A DNA stretch of 64,000 nt, taken from positions 64,001 to 128,000 of IMG/VR virus record IMGVR_UViG_3300031857_000018, one strand, 5' to 3'. Each line of letters begins with the position of its first letter. Position 1 is the stretch's first letter. The notes under the pieces were generated by a model. The model did no database searches, was not told where the DNA came from, and saw nothing but the letters and a program-made list of their open reading frames with translations. Position numbers and translations under genes: made by a program. Source of the DNA: a virus. Shown here piece after piece: positions 1 through 10,752 of the stretch.

Positions 1-1363
1 CGCCGTTCATTTCAAATGTAAACTTTCCGCGGAATGAAGCCTTTTTATTGTTCAACACTTCATGTGCTTTGCCTGTTTTGCTGCACTTATCAAATATAGT
101 GTATGTAATTGCATCAAGCAATGATGACTTACCAGATGTGTTTGCAGCAAACAACCCGCACACATCTTTCATGTTTTCAAAGTTAATAACATTGCCTTCT
201 CCGTAAGAAAACATGTTATCAAATTCAAATTGAATTGGGTGCCAGGTCATGTGTCGTACTGACTCTACTGCAGGAAGTTTTGAGTTTATTGTGCGATTGA
301 TATGACGAATTGCATCAGTTTCGTCTGCAGTAGCTTGTGGATAGTTCACGGAAATAAAATCTGTGATCAATGTATTTTGATATTCAACATCTCGTACATT
401 TCCTATAGTAAACGATGATGTGGCGTTAGTGTTTGATATAGCTGCACTTCGTTGGATTGTGATATCTTGCACATCATATTTCTTGCGAATAGTAGCAATA
501 AGTTTTTTCATGTCCGCTGCTGAGGTATCATTAAACTTGATACGAACTCTAGGTTTATTTGGCATACGATGTGGTGCTTTCACAATAGTAACACCTTCAA
601 CTTCCAAAGTTACATATCCATAATCATTTTGTATTTCCACAAACTTTGCTTCACGACACGGCAAGTCCCACACCAAGATACCATGGTCTAATGCTTCACC
701 GTGATTTTGTTGAATCAGTGATCCTGGGTATGCAATTGTCTTTGCGTCATTTAAGAACTGGGCTGGTTTATGAATATCGCCCAACAATGTAATATCATGT
801 CCATCAAACAAATCAACACCTACATGCTCATTTGATATTTGATATCCAATATCTGTTTTTGCAGTGTTCACAGCACCATGGTGCATTGCAATTTTATATG
901 CAGCATCGAATTGATTAGCACGAATATATTCGGTTGGTGCAACATCGACAGCCATATGATTAAACACAACTCCACCAATTTCAAACAAGCCGTTTTCTTT
1001 GATGAATATGATGTTTGGATTCTTAATAACATTGATAACCGGACTAATTGCGTCTGTGCGGTGCATGTTGTTCAGATTCATATCATGGTTACCAAGTATT
1101 ACTACGGTTGGAATCATGAAGCCATCAAAAAATTCAACCAGCATATCAACTAACTCCGGAGACATATCTAGTTTGCTATGCACGATGTCACCTGTTACTA
1201 CAGCAATACTTTCGCCGGTGCAATGTTGTGCGATATAATCAAACATGTTGCGAAACACTTCACGATATTCTCGGTGTCGTTTCAATGTACGAATATGCAC
1301 ATCTGAAATGTGAAATATTTTGTTGATTACAGTTTGTCCTGTGTCAATATGTTTTATGTCCAT
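1..1363 (-). CDS. Fused SbcD/Mre11-like nuclease + SbcC/Rad50-like ATPase (3' end runs off the window)
   Basis: Manual translation from ATG 1363 (MDIKHIDTG). Metallophosphoesterase motifs HISDVH, GDIVH, GNHD, HHG, GDIH and YPGS are followed in the same frame by FEFDNMFSYG and Walker A AANTSGKSS. The ORF track lists no closed minus ORF here, consistent with no stop before the edge. Confidence 0.88.
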   Translation of the reverse strand, partial: MDIKHIDTGQTVINKIFHISDVHIRTLKRHREYREVFRNMFDYIAQHCTGESIAVVTGDIVHSKLDMSPELVDMLVEFFDGFMIPTVVILGNHDMNLNNMHRTDAISPVINVIKNPNIIFIKENGLFEIGGVVFNHMAVDVAPTEYIRANQFDAAYKIAMHHGAVNTAKTDIGYQISNEHVGVDLFDGHDITLLGDIHKPAQFLNDAKTIAYPGSLIQQNHGEALDHGILVWDLPCREAKFVEIQNDYGYVTLEVEGVTIVKAPHRMPNKPRVRIKFNDTSAADMKKLIATIRKKYDVQDITIQRSAAISNTNATSSFTIGNVRDVEYQNTLITDFISVNYPQATADETDAIRHINRTINSKLPAVESVRHMTWHPIQFEFDNMFSYGEGNVINFENMKDVCGLFAANTSGKSSLLDAITYTIFDKCSKTGKAHEVLNNKKASFRGKFTFEMNG

Positions 1364-2298
1364 ATCATTCCCATTTTAAGTTGCATTAACCGTTCAAAAG
1401 TTAATACATCGGTATCTTGTATAATTTCGTTGATTCGTTGAAAGCCTAGTTCTGCGGCATCTTTATCTCGCAGTTCTATAAAGTACACATTTAAGCCTTC
1501 TGACATAAATCGCTCTGCAATTTGAATTGCATTTTTCAATGCATCAGCATCCAAACAAATATAAATGTCTCGTACTCGTTCTTGTATGATTTTCTTTTGT
1601 AGTGCAGGTTGAATGATTTTTCCGAACAACGGAATTGCATTGCGTTTAATTGCGATTGCATCAAAACTTCCTTCACAAAGTATGATTGGTTGTGACCAAT
1701 TTATAAAAAGGTCAAACCCAATAATGTCTTTTGAAATTTTTGGATTCTTGTGTTTTTGTGTGTCTGATTTATAATATGCTCTAGACACAAAATAATTCAA
1801 TTGACCCATGGCATCATAGCTAGGAATAATTATTTTGCCGGAATACTCTCCAGACTCGCAAAATCCAATTCGATACTTGATGATATCAAATATAGTTACT
1901 CCGCGCTTTTTTAAATAATGCACGGCATTACGATAATCCGGAGATGTTTTAGGAATCCAAAGTGGTTTGTACTCAGCCGGCAATTGTATTGTTTCTACTT
2001 TTGTTGGAGCATCATTGTTTACACGATATCGAGATGATTCGATAATACGTGATAATTGTTCAAAACGTTCTTTAGGTAGATTGAGTTGTTTGAACAAAGT
2101 AACAATGCTACGACCTTTTTTATCAGATATCCAACAATGCCAAGCATTCTCACCGTTTGAATTAGTGTGAATATCAATTTCTAATTTTGGCTTGTAGTGA
2201 GAAACAAAAGGAGAGAAGAATGCAATGTTATTACCAGACGTAGGTTTACCTTTACCTAGTACTGATTCTAATAACTGTAATAACTTAATATTCTTCAT
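1354..2298 (-). CDS. Phage DNA primase (Toprim)
   Basis: IIIPSYD..G..YFVSR, LCEGSFDA and CLDADA Toprim motifs; degenerate N-terminal Zn ribbon. Confidence 0.88.
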   Translation of the reverse strand: MKNIKLLQLLESVLGKGKPTSGNNIAFFSPFVSHYKPKLEIDIHTNSNGENAWHCWISDKKGRSIVTLFKQLNLPKERFEQLSRIIESSRYRVNNDAPTKVETIQLPAEYKPLWIPKTSPDYRNAVHYLKKRGVTIFDIIKYRIGFCESGEYSGKIIIPSYDAMGQLNYFVSRAYYKSDTQKHKNPKISKDIIGFDLFINWSQPIILCEGSFDAIAIKRNAIPLFGKIIQPALQKKIIQERVRDIYICLDADALKNAIQIAERFMSEGLNVYFIELRDKDAAELGFQRINEIIQDTDVLTFERLMQLKMGMIWT

Positions 2299-2486
2299 TA
2301 ATATAATATAAGTAATATACTGTACTAATCCAATAAATTATATTAATATAATAATAAATAATATTAGTTAGACACATACATTACATTTCTGGCCTAACGA
2401 TCGATTCAATACTGAATCAATCTATTAATTAATATGAATCATTAATTATCATAGAATGTATTAAAAATTTTTCACAAAACAAACCT

Positions 2487-2969
2487 TTATCCAAAAAAAG
2501 TTTTAATTGTCTTTGGTTCTTCGCCAGTCTTCAAACATTCCGTGAGCCAATCTGCGGGAATATCTTTCTTTGCAACATGTTTAATACCCAGCTTTAATGC
2601 ATAAGCTTCATATGTAGTTTTGCTACCTTTTGATATTTTTTGTTGGGGTGATTGGAATACCATACGAATATCTACACCGGGATTCGATGCTAGCACATGT
2701 TTCATTTTAAGACGATCGGCACTAGTCCATCGGCCTTTAGTTTCAATGTACATTAATTCACCATTCTTTTTAGTAAACACAAAATCTGGAGTGTATTTTG
2801 CTTTACGTTCTGGTACTATATAATTTAGTATTTCAGTTTCATAATTCAAAGGATATTCAGTAGTTTTTATTTGATCTGCTACTGTGTGTTCTAATCCTGA
2901 TTTATAACCGTATTTTAGCGCTGCAGCTCTTTTTGAGTTGCCAGAGCTATGATAATGATTTTTTGCCAT
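2487..2969 (-). CDS. T7 endonuclease I-like Holliday junction resolvase
   Basis: YKSGLE, YTPDF, IETKGRW and DRLKM match the T7 gp3 PD-(D/E)XK pattern. Confidence 0.85.
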   Translation of the reverse strand: MAKNHYHSSGNSKRAAALKYGYKSGLEHTVADQIKTTEYPLNYETEILNYIVPERKAKYTPDFVFTKKNGELMYIETKGRWTSADRLKMKHVLASNPGVDIRMVFQSPQQKISKGSKTTYEAYALKLGIKHVAKKDIPADWLTECLKTGEEPKTIKTFFG

Positions 2970-2982
2970 AACCTATTTCTTT

Positions 2983-3519
2983 TTACCAATCGACTAATAC
3001 CATGTTTCCGTCCCACATCATAACGTTGTCAGAACGAAAATCTAAATCTAAATCGAATTCTGGAATTTGAAGTTTATCTATATCTGTTTTTAATGTGTTT
3101 AAAAAATTATCAATTATCGGATTAATACTTCCAGCATCAGGTAAAAAATCAAATATTGAAACTTCGCCTCCTTCATCCCGAGCAAATGAAGCAAAGTCTT
3201 GCATAAATAAATCAATTTCTTTTTTTAACCGAGTTGGTAGTTCCGAAGCATTTGCCATTATGTACATGTTTTTACCATCAACATAATATACCGGTATAAA
3301 TGTAGTAAACTCATTGTATCTATCAACGATAATACTTGCTACTTCATATTCATCACGTTCTTTAGTAATCTTAAAAACTTTATCTTCTCTATCAATTTCA
3401 TAAACGCGACCGTTATCACCAGCACCAATTAAACGGAATTGTTTTTGTTGTATTTTGTCTAAACATTTCTGAATATCTGAATTTGATATTTCTTTTAAAA
3501 GTTGTTTTAATCGTATCAT
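2983..3519 (-). CDS. Protein-kinase-like protein with MIRLKxLLxE N-terminal tag
   Basis: Gly loop IGAGDNGRVY, VFKIT..E, catalytic-loop-like DFRSDNVM and metal-binding-like VLVDW. Confidence 0.65.
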   Translation of the reverse strand: MIRLKQLLKEISNSDIQKCLDKIQQKQFRLIGAGDNGRVYEIDREDKVFKITKERDEYEVASIIVDRYNEFTTFIPVYYVDGKNMYIMANASELPTRLKKEIDLFMQDFASFARDEGGEVSIFDFLPDAGSINPIIDNFLNTLKTDIDKLQIPEFDLDLDFRSDNVMMWDGNMVLVDW

Positions 3520-3521
3520 GA

Positions 3522-5087
3522 TTACCTAGGAATTACATTGTTATTTAAGTCCATACGAACTAAGAAATTTAAATCTACATTTGCTGGTTTTTTAATTGGT
3601 TGTGCTAATTTTCCAATTGCTAACAATTGCCCTGCATCATCATACAATCCTATAGTTGTTATATACGGAGTAAATGTACTACTAGTAACAAATGAATGGT
3701 ATGTAATATCATTATCCGCCGTAAGAGTTGGATTCAATGACATATTAAAATCACCAGCATCTAATTTAACAATAACACCTAATTCATAAATTGTAACCGT
3801 GCTTTTATACTGAAAGGAAATAAAATCATTAACGGTATTATGAAATCGATAATCTGGAGTTGATACTATCGCGATTCCTTGTTTTGCAAAAATATTTCCT
3901 ACGTGATTAGTTTGAAGTAGTGTACCAGTTGTTAGATCCGGTGTGGCTAAAGATCCAATTTCTGCAAGAGATAGTGACTTATTAAATATTCTAACTTCAT
4001 CAATAACAGCTGTAAGATTTGATCCAGTAGTAGTATAACCTCCAATATACAATTTATCTGTGTTATCAATACGTGCTGATGCCGATAATGGTGATTGCGT
4101 ATTAATTAGTAATGGACTAGTAGCAGATGATTCTAACGCTCCATTTACATACAATTCAACCGAGCTGCCAGATTTTTGACAAATAAAGTGATTCCAGTTA
4201 GTTGTATTAAAAACAGATGATGTAATTTGTGTTTTAAATGTAGTGCTACCCGCTACAGAAAATACAATCTGATTGCTACCGCTCAATTCAATTCGGAACG
4301 GATATTGTGGAGTTAAACTACTAGATGCTTTTGTTGCAATTAATTGTGTTGCATTAGATGATCCGGAGAACCAAAAAGCAATTGCATAATCATGATCACG
4401 ATCATAAAATCCGTTTAAATCAGATTCAATATAACCAGCACCATCAAATTTAGCAGCTAATCCAACCGGTAAACTTGATATGTCGGCATCAGGTACTCCT
4501 GGTACATATGTTACTCCTGAACATACATATGGTACTCTGCTAGTATCGAAATATTCATTAAATCCTTCATACCACATCACCCCTGTAGCAAATGATGAAG
4601 TATCAATATCCACATTGTATAAATTGCCATATCGATCAGACTGAATGCCGCTACCAACATTATGTTTTATTTCAAATGATTTTGGTTTAACCGATTCTCC
4701 GTATTTTAATTGTGGTATAGAAAATATCGAAGCTGTTTGATACAAGTATTTATGTGTACGATTTAAATCTGTTGGACCTAGTGTGTTATATGGTTGATCT
4801 TTATATTTGTAAAATAACTGATTAACTGAATAATATGTTACAGTTTGCAAACTATCATCAATATTTTTTGCATCATTATATGTTAATTCGGTATCTAGAG
4901 CTGGTAATACATCTGAATATACTCCTTGTAATGGCAAACAACTCGAAGTAGCACTACCGGAGCCTATCACCCATTGCTTATAACTTTGGAACGGTGTTAA
5001 ACTAACATCAGAACTATTTATCTTTTTGAAAACAGTTGGATACACCCCTTGATATGTGTCAGTATTTGAAATTTTTGTTTCTGCCAT
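3522..5087 (-). CDS. Virion structural protein with LamG/concanavalin-like domain
   Basis: WNHF...LYVNG...IDEVRIFNKSL LamG pattern; C-terminal YITTIGLYDDAGQLLAIGKL is shared with the neighbouring structural gene. Confidence 0.7.
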   Translation of the reverse strand: MAETKISNTDTYQGVYPTVFKKINSSDVSLTPFQSYKQWVIGSGSATSSCLPLQGVYSDVLPALDTELTYNDAKNIDDSLQTVTYYSVNQLFYKYKDQPYNTLGPTDLNRTHKYLYQTASIFSIPQLKYGESVKPKSFEIKHNVGSGIQSDRYGNLYNVDIDTSSFATGVMWYEGFNEYFDTSRVPYVCSGVTYVPGVPDADISSLPVGLAAKFDGAGYIESDLNGFYDRDHDYAIAFWFSGSSNATQLIATKASSSLTPQYPFRIELSGSNQIVFSVAGSTTFKTQITSSVFNTTNWNHFICQKSGSSVELYVNGALESSATSPLLINTQSPLSASARIDNTDKLYIGGYTTTGSNLTAVIDEVRIFNKSLSLAEIGSLATPDLTTGTLLQTNHVGNIFAKQGIAIVSTPDYRFHNTVNDFISFQYKSTVTIYELGVIVKLDAGDFNMSLNPTLTADNDITYHSFVTSSTFTPYITTIGLYDDAGQLLAIGKLAQPIKKPANVDLNFLVRMDLNNNVIPR

Positions 5088-5149
5088 GCTAGTAAAAACC
5101 CTGCTATATTTAATAATAAATATAACAGGGCTTAAATCAGAGTGTTATT

Positions 5150-6445
5150 TTAGAAATCTAGTTTAACACGTATAAGAGCTTCACGCTGGAATGATTTTAG
5201 CAATGGTTGACTTAATTTTGCAACCGCTAACAATTCTTGACTGTCATTGTATAATCCAACTGTGGTAACATATGTTTTAGGATCACCAACAAATGTAGAT
5301 TGTGCTAATTGACCAACACTACCAGTAACATAAGATGGATTGTTTGAGAAGTTGTATTCTGCATTTTTAATTCGTACAAAATAATGTGTGCTTGTTATTT
5401 TTTCAGAATTTCTTGCTAAAAATCCATATGGGTCAGATGTTTCAGGATCAGTAAATAATGCAGATCCAGAAATAGAACGGAACAATGTAAAGTGATTGTT
5501 ACCTTCAGAACTAGAAGATACATTCGTAGCAAATCCTAATTGTTGATCAAGCATTTTACCATCCAGTACTAATACTCCATGATCTGGATATGCTAATCCA
5601 TAATATACCGGCGATGCTGAATTATGTACTCCTGAATTTATAGAACCGGAGACTATGTTATAGATTTTTCCAGAATCACCAACGGTAGCCGATGCTAATG
5701 AAGAATCGTCAATTAATTTAATAACACGTGTACCGACAGTAACAGACCCAGTTGCATTCGATGTGCGAGTAGCAATTGATACTAATGGCAATTCAAAATT
5801 TCCAGCGTCTAAACGTTCTTTAAGTCGGTTTCTTTTAAAATTCACAATATAGATTGAATCTGTACTACCAGATCCAGCAGTTGTAAATCTTGAATCGTTA
5901 GGCTTTAATAAAAGCTGACGGTATTGTGAATATACTGCTTTTGATGGAGAGTCACTCAATGTACCTTGTGAATCAGAACCACTACCCAACGCATTACCAT
6001 ATGCTAATGAAAATTGCGTCGCAGCGCCTTCATTTGTAGAATCTTCTTGATACACATCAACATAATATCGGCGCTGAGATGTTGTTTGTGCAGATCCGGA
6101 TGCGTATGTAGTTAAACTAGCAATACCATCACTCCAAACACCTGCAGTAACTACTTCAGTTTGATTTGATATAACATCATTTAATTGGTCAAACTTTGTA
6201 AATACACGACCATTTCTTGCTAACACGGAAATTTGTTGCTGATTGGCAATTATTTCATTTGCTAATTGTTGAGCTAATTGTTGTACTTGCTCATTAATTG
6301 CGGTTGTATTAGTTTGGGCAGCACCATCTCTAACAGCTATATTATTTGCCGCTTGACTAACATTGATGGGAGATACATTTCCACGCCCCGTAGGAACCCC
6401 GCCGTGTTTGTCTTGTAGTTTTAAATATTTAATAAAATTGTTCAT
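5150..6445 (-). CDS. Virion structural (baseplate/tail) protein
   Basis: C-terminal YVTTVGLYNDSQELLAVAKL is paralogous to that of 3522..5087; lies in the structural operon. Confidence 0.6.
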   Translation of the reverse strand: MNNFIKYLKLQDKHGGVPTGRGNVSPINVSQAANNIAVRDGAAQTNTTAINEQVQQLAQQLANEIIANQQQISVLARNGRVFTKFDQLNDVISNQTEVVTAGVWSDGIASLTTYASGSAQTTSQRRYYVDVYQEDSTNEGAATQFSLAYGNALGSGSDSQGTLSDSPSKAVYSQYRQLLLKPNDSRFTTAGSGSTDSIYIVNFKRNRLKERLDAGNFELPLVSIATRTSNATGSVTVGTRVIKLIDDSSLASATVGDSGKIYNIVSGSINSGVHNSASPVYYGLAYPDHGVLVLDGKMLDQQLGFATNVSSSSEGNNHFTLFRSISGSALFTDPETSDPYGFLARNSEKITSTHYFVRIKNAEYNFSNNPSYVTGSVGQLAQSTFVGDPKTYVTTVGLYNDSQELLAVAKLSQPLLKSFQREALIRVKLDF

Positions 6446-6460
6446 ATGTTATTTCTTTTA

Positions 6461-7129
6461 TTAGCTTGAAACTGCCGTTCCGGTTGTTACAGAAGTAACT
6501 TTTTTAACAGTTAAATTAATTGTTACACTACCACCTGTTTCATTACCAACAATAGTAATTGTCGCAGTTTTATCTTCCAAATATTGTGCTTTAGCAATAA
6601 CTCGGAATTCAAATCCTGCAACTGCTACACTTTGTGCATCTTCATTATCACCAATAAAACGAGGTATTGTAGGTAATACGGTATTTTGTAATGCTCTAGT
6701 TACCTGAATATCTGCTACGGTTGAATCAGACAAAATTGCAGTGTAACCTAAATTTGAGTTACCACCCTGCATGTTGCTAGTATTCGGTGTAATTGCTGCT
6801 CCATCTCCTGGTGCTAACAGTGTAATTGCAGTATTTCCAACAGTTACAACTGGTATATTAGTAGTTTGTTTTGGTAATGTAATTAATTTTGAACGCAATG
6901 CTTGTGTCTCATCAGGAATTGCTTCAGTGATTGGCATATTTTCAATAATTACACCGTAATAATTAGTTCCTAATGGATGATTTGGATTCCATAACGAATA
7001 ATCAATTTCATCATCACCTAATGCAAACTGAGTAATTTTAAATGCGTTTCCGCCTTTTGCTAATAATTCTCGGCCTTTAAGAGTTAAAATTGCATCAACT
7101 GTTACAGAACTATTATTTAAGTATCCCAT
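6461..7129 (-). CDS. Virion structural (baseplate/tail-fibre attachment-like) protein
   Basis: LTLKGRELLA...ITQFALGD N-terminal pattern typical of tail-fibre/baseplate attachment domains; late motif upstream. Confidence 0.6.
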   Translation of the reverse strand: MGYLNNSSVTVDAILTLKGRELLAKGGNAFKITQFALGDDEIDYSLWNPNHPLGTNYYGVIIENMPITEAIPDETQALRSKLITLPKQTTNIPVVTVGNTAITLLAPGDGAAITPNTSNMQGGNSNLGYTAILSDSTVADIQVTRALQNTVLPTIPRFIGDNEDAQSVAVAGFEFRVIAKAQYLEDKTATITIVGNETGGSVTINLTVKKVTSVTTGTAVSS

Positions 7130-7171
7130 ATGTTTTATTCCTATTTTATATAAATATGTTATGTTAAAAAA

Positions 7172-10100
7172 TTATACCAAAACAAAACTTCCTTGATCAC
7201 TATTAGTTTGATACACCAATTGATTTGGATTTGTTGCACGCCATTCTACTACTGGCTTACCGTCAACGGTTTCAGTTGAATTAACATTGAATGCCGGTGA
7301 TGTAAGTTTAGCTCCGGAATATTTTTGATTGTCTCGACCTGCAGGTAAAAAGTCTTGCACTTGGGCAAAACTTCCTGTTAAGTTTCTGAAATTTGATACA
7401 ACGCCATACGACCCTGAACCATACGAGCTAGTACCATAATATGAACCTGAAAATGATGATGACGCTGCAAAATATGAGCCAGATGCTAAACTTAACTCAG
7501 ATGTTACTGCATCAAGTATTACTGGTAGTATTGCTTCGCTTTGCCAATATGGGGAAGATGCAGTTATATACGTGCTTCCACTTTGAATTAAGTATGTGTA
7601 TGAATATGGAGTTCCATCATACTTATCAGCAGTTGAAGCTGTTAAATATGCTTGCCATTGATCATCGTCTTGTGCAGATATAGTTAAAATTTTACCGTCA
7701 ACAGAACCTAGATAATTTATATATTCACCACTCGCAGTTGGCTGTGAATTAGTAATTTCAGCATAATATGAATTATCATGAATACGTATCTCCGGAAGTA
7801 TAGATGTTTTATTTCTTTCTAATATATTAGGCTGTATTAATACGCCGAGTAATTCATCAACACGTGCTGGCAATAATTGTTCTAATTGTTTGAAGAATGA
7901 TAAGTCAAACAATGTAAACATTTTTATATACGAATTAATATCTGTAGCTTGTTGATACTTTTTCCAATATGATTCTGCAAACTGCGTTAAACTATCATAT
8001 GAATCAGAATTAATATCTCCCGGATCACCGATATAATTATCTAAATCAATAAAACCTAATTGTGCAATGATATCTTCATCGATCATTGTTTGTGGAGAAA
8101 AATATACTCCTAGTTTTTTACTATCAATTGGAGCAACATCATATTGACTACGTTCTGCTCTAGTTTTTATATCTAATGTACCTACTAATACATTGTTTTC
8201 AATACGTACTTTGTTATCATCATATGTGCCAGCACCAATTGATACCGCATCATAGTAGTACGTTTCTTCTATAGAATCATATGGTATATTATTCGTCCAT
8301 CCGCTAAATGATGATGATATTGTAGATGCCTTAGGTTGTATCCCGAATAAACTAGCAGTTGTAGCATGATTAATATTTTGATTCAACGGTAAACGATAAA
8401 CTAGTTCATTATACGCATCTAACGAATCATATGCTCCAGGAGCTTTAACGTGATTATCAAATGATGTATTAGAAATTGGATAATTCCATATTCTGAATTC
8501 TTGTAATTGTCCTACTAATCTCGACGCCCCAGTACTAGTATCACCAAATATAATTGATCCAGATCCAGGTAATGATGCTACTGTAGATGCTGAAGCTGCT
8601 GCAACAATTTTACCATATTTAGCTCGTTTTGCTAAAATTTCTAAATTGCTGCCATTTGTTTTTAACATTAAATTTAACCAGCCACCATCAAACAATTCAA
8701 TAGAATTTGACCCAGTACCATTAATTTGTATAGTTCCACGTGTCCCAGACGTATAATCTAATGTCACTGCATTATTACCAACCTTAAACAAATTCATTGT
8801 GCTTGGCATAGTTGGATTTGTAATAACATCATCAGTTCGGAAACGAAGTTCAATTGAATCAATTGATCCCGAATAATTAGTTGTGACAGTACCAGCTGTA
8901 TTTGTAATTAAATCTAATGCATAATCAAAATTTAATTTTTCATATACCGGTGCACGTTCAATTCTAGGACCGCCATATTCTTTAATTGTAATAAGTGATT
9001 GTGGAATACCATAACAAGACAACAATGCTTGTATGCTTCGTTTAGTACCTTTTGATTTTAATAGTAATGGCAAGTTATTAACAATGCGACGCCAAACTGC
9101 GTATGTCATATTCTGGCCAGATACTGACGGATCACCTACTGAATTTGACCCGGTAAGCGGTATTCCTGCTTCTGATGTACCTAATACATACTGCCATAAA
9201 TCTTGATATTGATTACCGTCGGTTAAGTTCCAACCAAATTGTTTTGCTACGGAATATAGCAATTCATTTGGCATACCTAATTTAGGATTTTCTTCTCGTT
9301 TGTTAATTTGAGACATATGATTGATATACGTGTAAAGTATATCATAATGATGCCCAAGCATATTAACAAATGTTTCCATTGCCACATTATTCTCATCATA
9401 TCTAATATATTCAGGTACTGTGCGGATCAATGAATTTAAATTAAATGTATCGTATGCGGTCGCGTATGAATACATTGAATCAAACCATGTAGTAAATTGA
9501 CTACTAGTTAATGGGTATAATGCAAATGGATATGTCGAATTTGATTTCGGTGCCGGCGTCAAATAACTGCCGGTGATTCTGGCTACATTTGGTGATTCAT
9601 GTGGCACAGGATAAGTAAAAATCATTGACGATGACTGATAGTATAAATACTTTTCAAAATCATCAAATCCACCAATTAAATTTGTTTTTTGCAATGTATA
9701 ATCTGCGGCATTAGTAGTTGCAACACTACCCGATATTAATGCGATTGCCGCAGATTGTGAATTATAGTATTCAACTAATGATAATTTGTATCTGAAATTT
9801 TCTAAACGTTCTGTTGCTGAACTATAGAATACAAAATTATTAAAATCTGAATAATCAATGTTTAATTTTACTCCGGATAAACTTCCAGAAAAATATGAAT
9901 CGACAATTTGCTGTGATGTATTAATCGATGACCCGAGTAAATCAGTCCAATTTTTTAATCCAGTAGTTGTTGAAGTATTGTATGAATAATTTGCATACCA
10001 GTTAGGACCAGCTAATACATTTTGTTCAATTTCAATTTCTTTTGCATTTATATAAACATTATCAACAAATGGCTCTTTTTGTTCTTGAGCAATCCAACAT

Positions 10101-10750
10101 TTAAAATTTTCTAAAATGTTTTTTGGTAATGGTTCATACAATTTAACATATATACTATCTTCAATTACAACTGTATTAACAATTAATGAAGTTTGATTTC
10201 TGCTAAAATTTAATATGTAAAAATCATAATATTGACCACCACGAGCACTAGTTTGTCTAGGACGATCTGCAAAGTCAATTAATTGATCTTGAAATTCTGC
10301 ATTGGTTGCTTGTGTAGGTTTTAACAATATCTCTGTACGATCTGCAGAAATTTCAACAATCTTTAAATATGGTTTTTCATAACTACCAATTAAATTCTTG
10401 AAGAAGTTTAAAACAACACGAAATTTACCAGATGTTAATCGTAGATTTTCAAATTCTTTATAAAGATTAATTCCAACCGGTACGCCGTTAAACTTTATTT
10501 CACGACCAGTAGTTCGATCATAATATCTAGGAATTTGATATACAGGTTGTACTGAGTGATTACCCGTTATCCAGGTTTGATCACCGTATATATGCATTTC
10601 AATAATATCTGACGCATCTGGTTTTATTATATCCGGATTTGGTTTTATTGATACATTGAATTGTGATGAGTGTTCTTCCAAGAAACGACTAGCAGCTAAC
10701 GATCCCGTTGCTGATTGAATATCACTGATATTTTTATATTGAGTTAACAT
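7172..10750 (-). CDS. Large baseplate wedge-like structural protein with LamG-like insert
   Basis: 1192 aa; LLKSKGTKRSIQALL..YG and VAKQFGW (P2 gpI/wedge-like patterns); LQEFRIW LamG-like motif. Confidence 0.6.
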   Translation of the reverse strand: MLTQYKNISDIQSATGSLAASRFLEEHSSQFNVSIKPNPDIIKPDASDIIEMHIYGDQTWITGNHSVQPVYQIPRYYDRTTGREIKFNGVPVGINLYKEFENLRLTSGKFRVVLNFFKNLIGSYEKPYLKIVEISADRTEILLKPTQATNAEFQDQLIDFADRPRQTSARGGQYYDFYILNFSRNQTSLIVNTVVIEDSIYVKLYEPLPKNILENFKCWIAQEQKEPFVDNVYINAKEIEIEQNVLAGPNWYANYSYNTSTTTGLKNWTDLLGSSINTSQQIVDSYFSGSLSGVKLNIDYSDFNNFVFYSSATERLENFRYKLSLVEYYNSQSAAIALISGSVATTNAADYTLQKTNLIGGFDDFEKYLYYQSSSMIFTYPVPHESPNVARITGSYLTPAPKSNSTYPFALYPLTSSQFTTWFDSMYSYATAYDTFNLNSLIRTVPEYIRYDENNVAMETFVNMLGHHYDILYTYINHMSQINKREENPKLGMPNELLYSVAKQFGWNLTDGNQYQDLWQYVLGTSEAGIPLTGSNSVGDPSVSGQNMTYAVWRRIVNNLPLLLKSKGTKRSIQALLSCYGIPQSLITIKEYGGPRIERAPVYEKLNFDYALDLITNTAGTVTTNYSGSIDSIELRFRTDDVITNPTMPSTMNLFKVGNNAVTLDYTSGTRGTIQINGTGSNSIELFDGGWLNLMLKTNGSNLEILAKRAKYGKIVAAASASTVASLPGSGSIIFGDTSTGASRLVGQLQEFRIWNYPISNTSFDNHVKAPGAYDSLDAYNELVYRLPLNQNINHATTASLFGIQPKASTISSSFSGWTNNIPYDSIEETYYYDAVSIGAGTYDDNKVRIENNVLVGTLDIKTRAERSQYDVAPIDSKKLGVYFSPQTMIDEDIIAQLGFIDLDNYIGDPGDINSDSYDSLTQFAESYWKKYQQATDINSYIKMFTLFDLSFFKQLEQLLPARVDELLGVLIQPNILERNKTSILPEIRIHDNSYYAEITNSQPTASGEYINYLGSVDGKILTISAQDDDQWQAYLTASTADKYDGTPYSYTYLIQSGSTYITASSPYWQSEAILPVILDAVTSELSLASGSYFAASSSFSGSYYGTSSYGSGSYGVVSNFRNLTGSFAQVQDFLPAGRDNQKYSGAKLTSPAFNVNSTETVDGKPVVEWRATNPNQLVYQTNSDQGSFVLV

Positions 10751-10752
10751 GC

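Noticed and set aside
2300-2486. Replication origin in the AT-rich gap before primase
   Set aside because: Only a promoter and short palindromes (GATTCA/TGAATC) are seen, with no iterons; evidence is insufficient.
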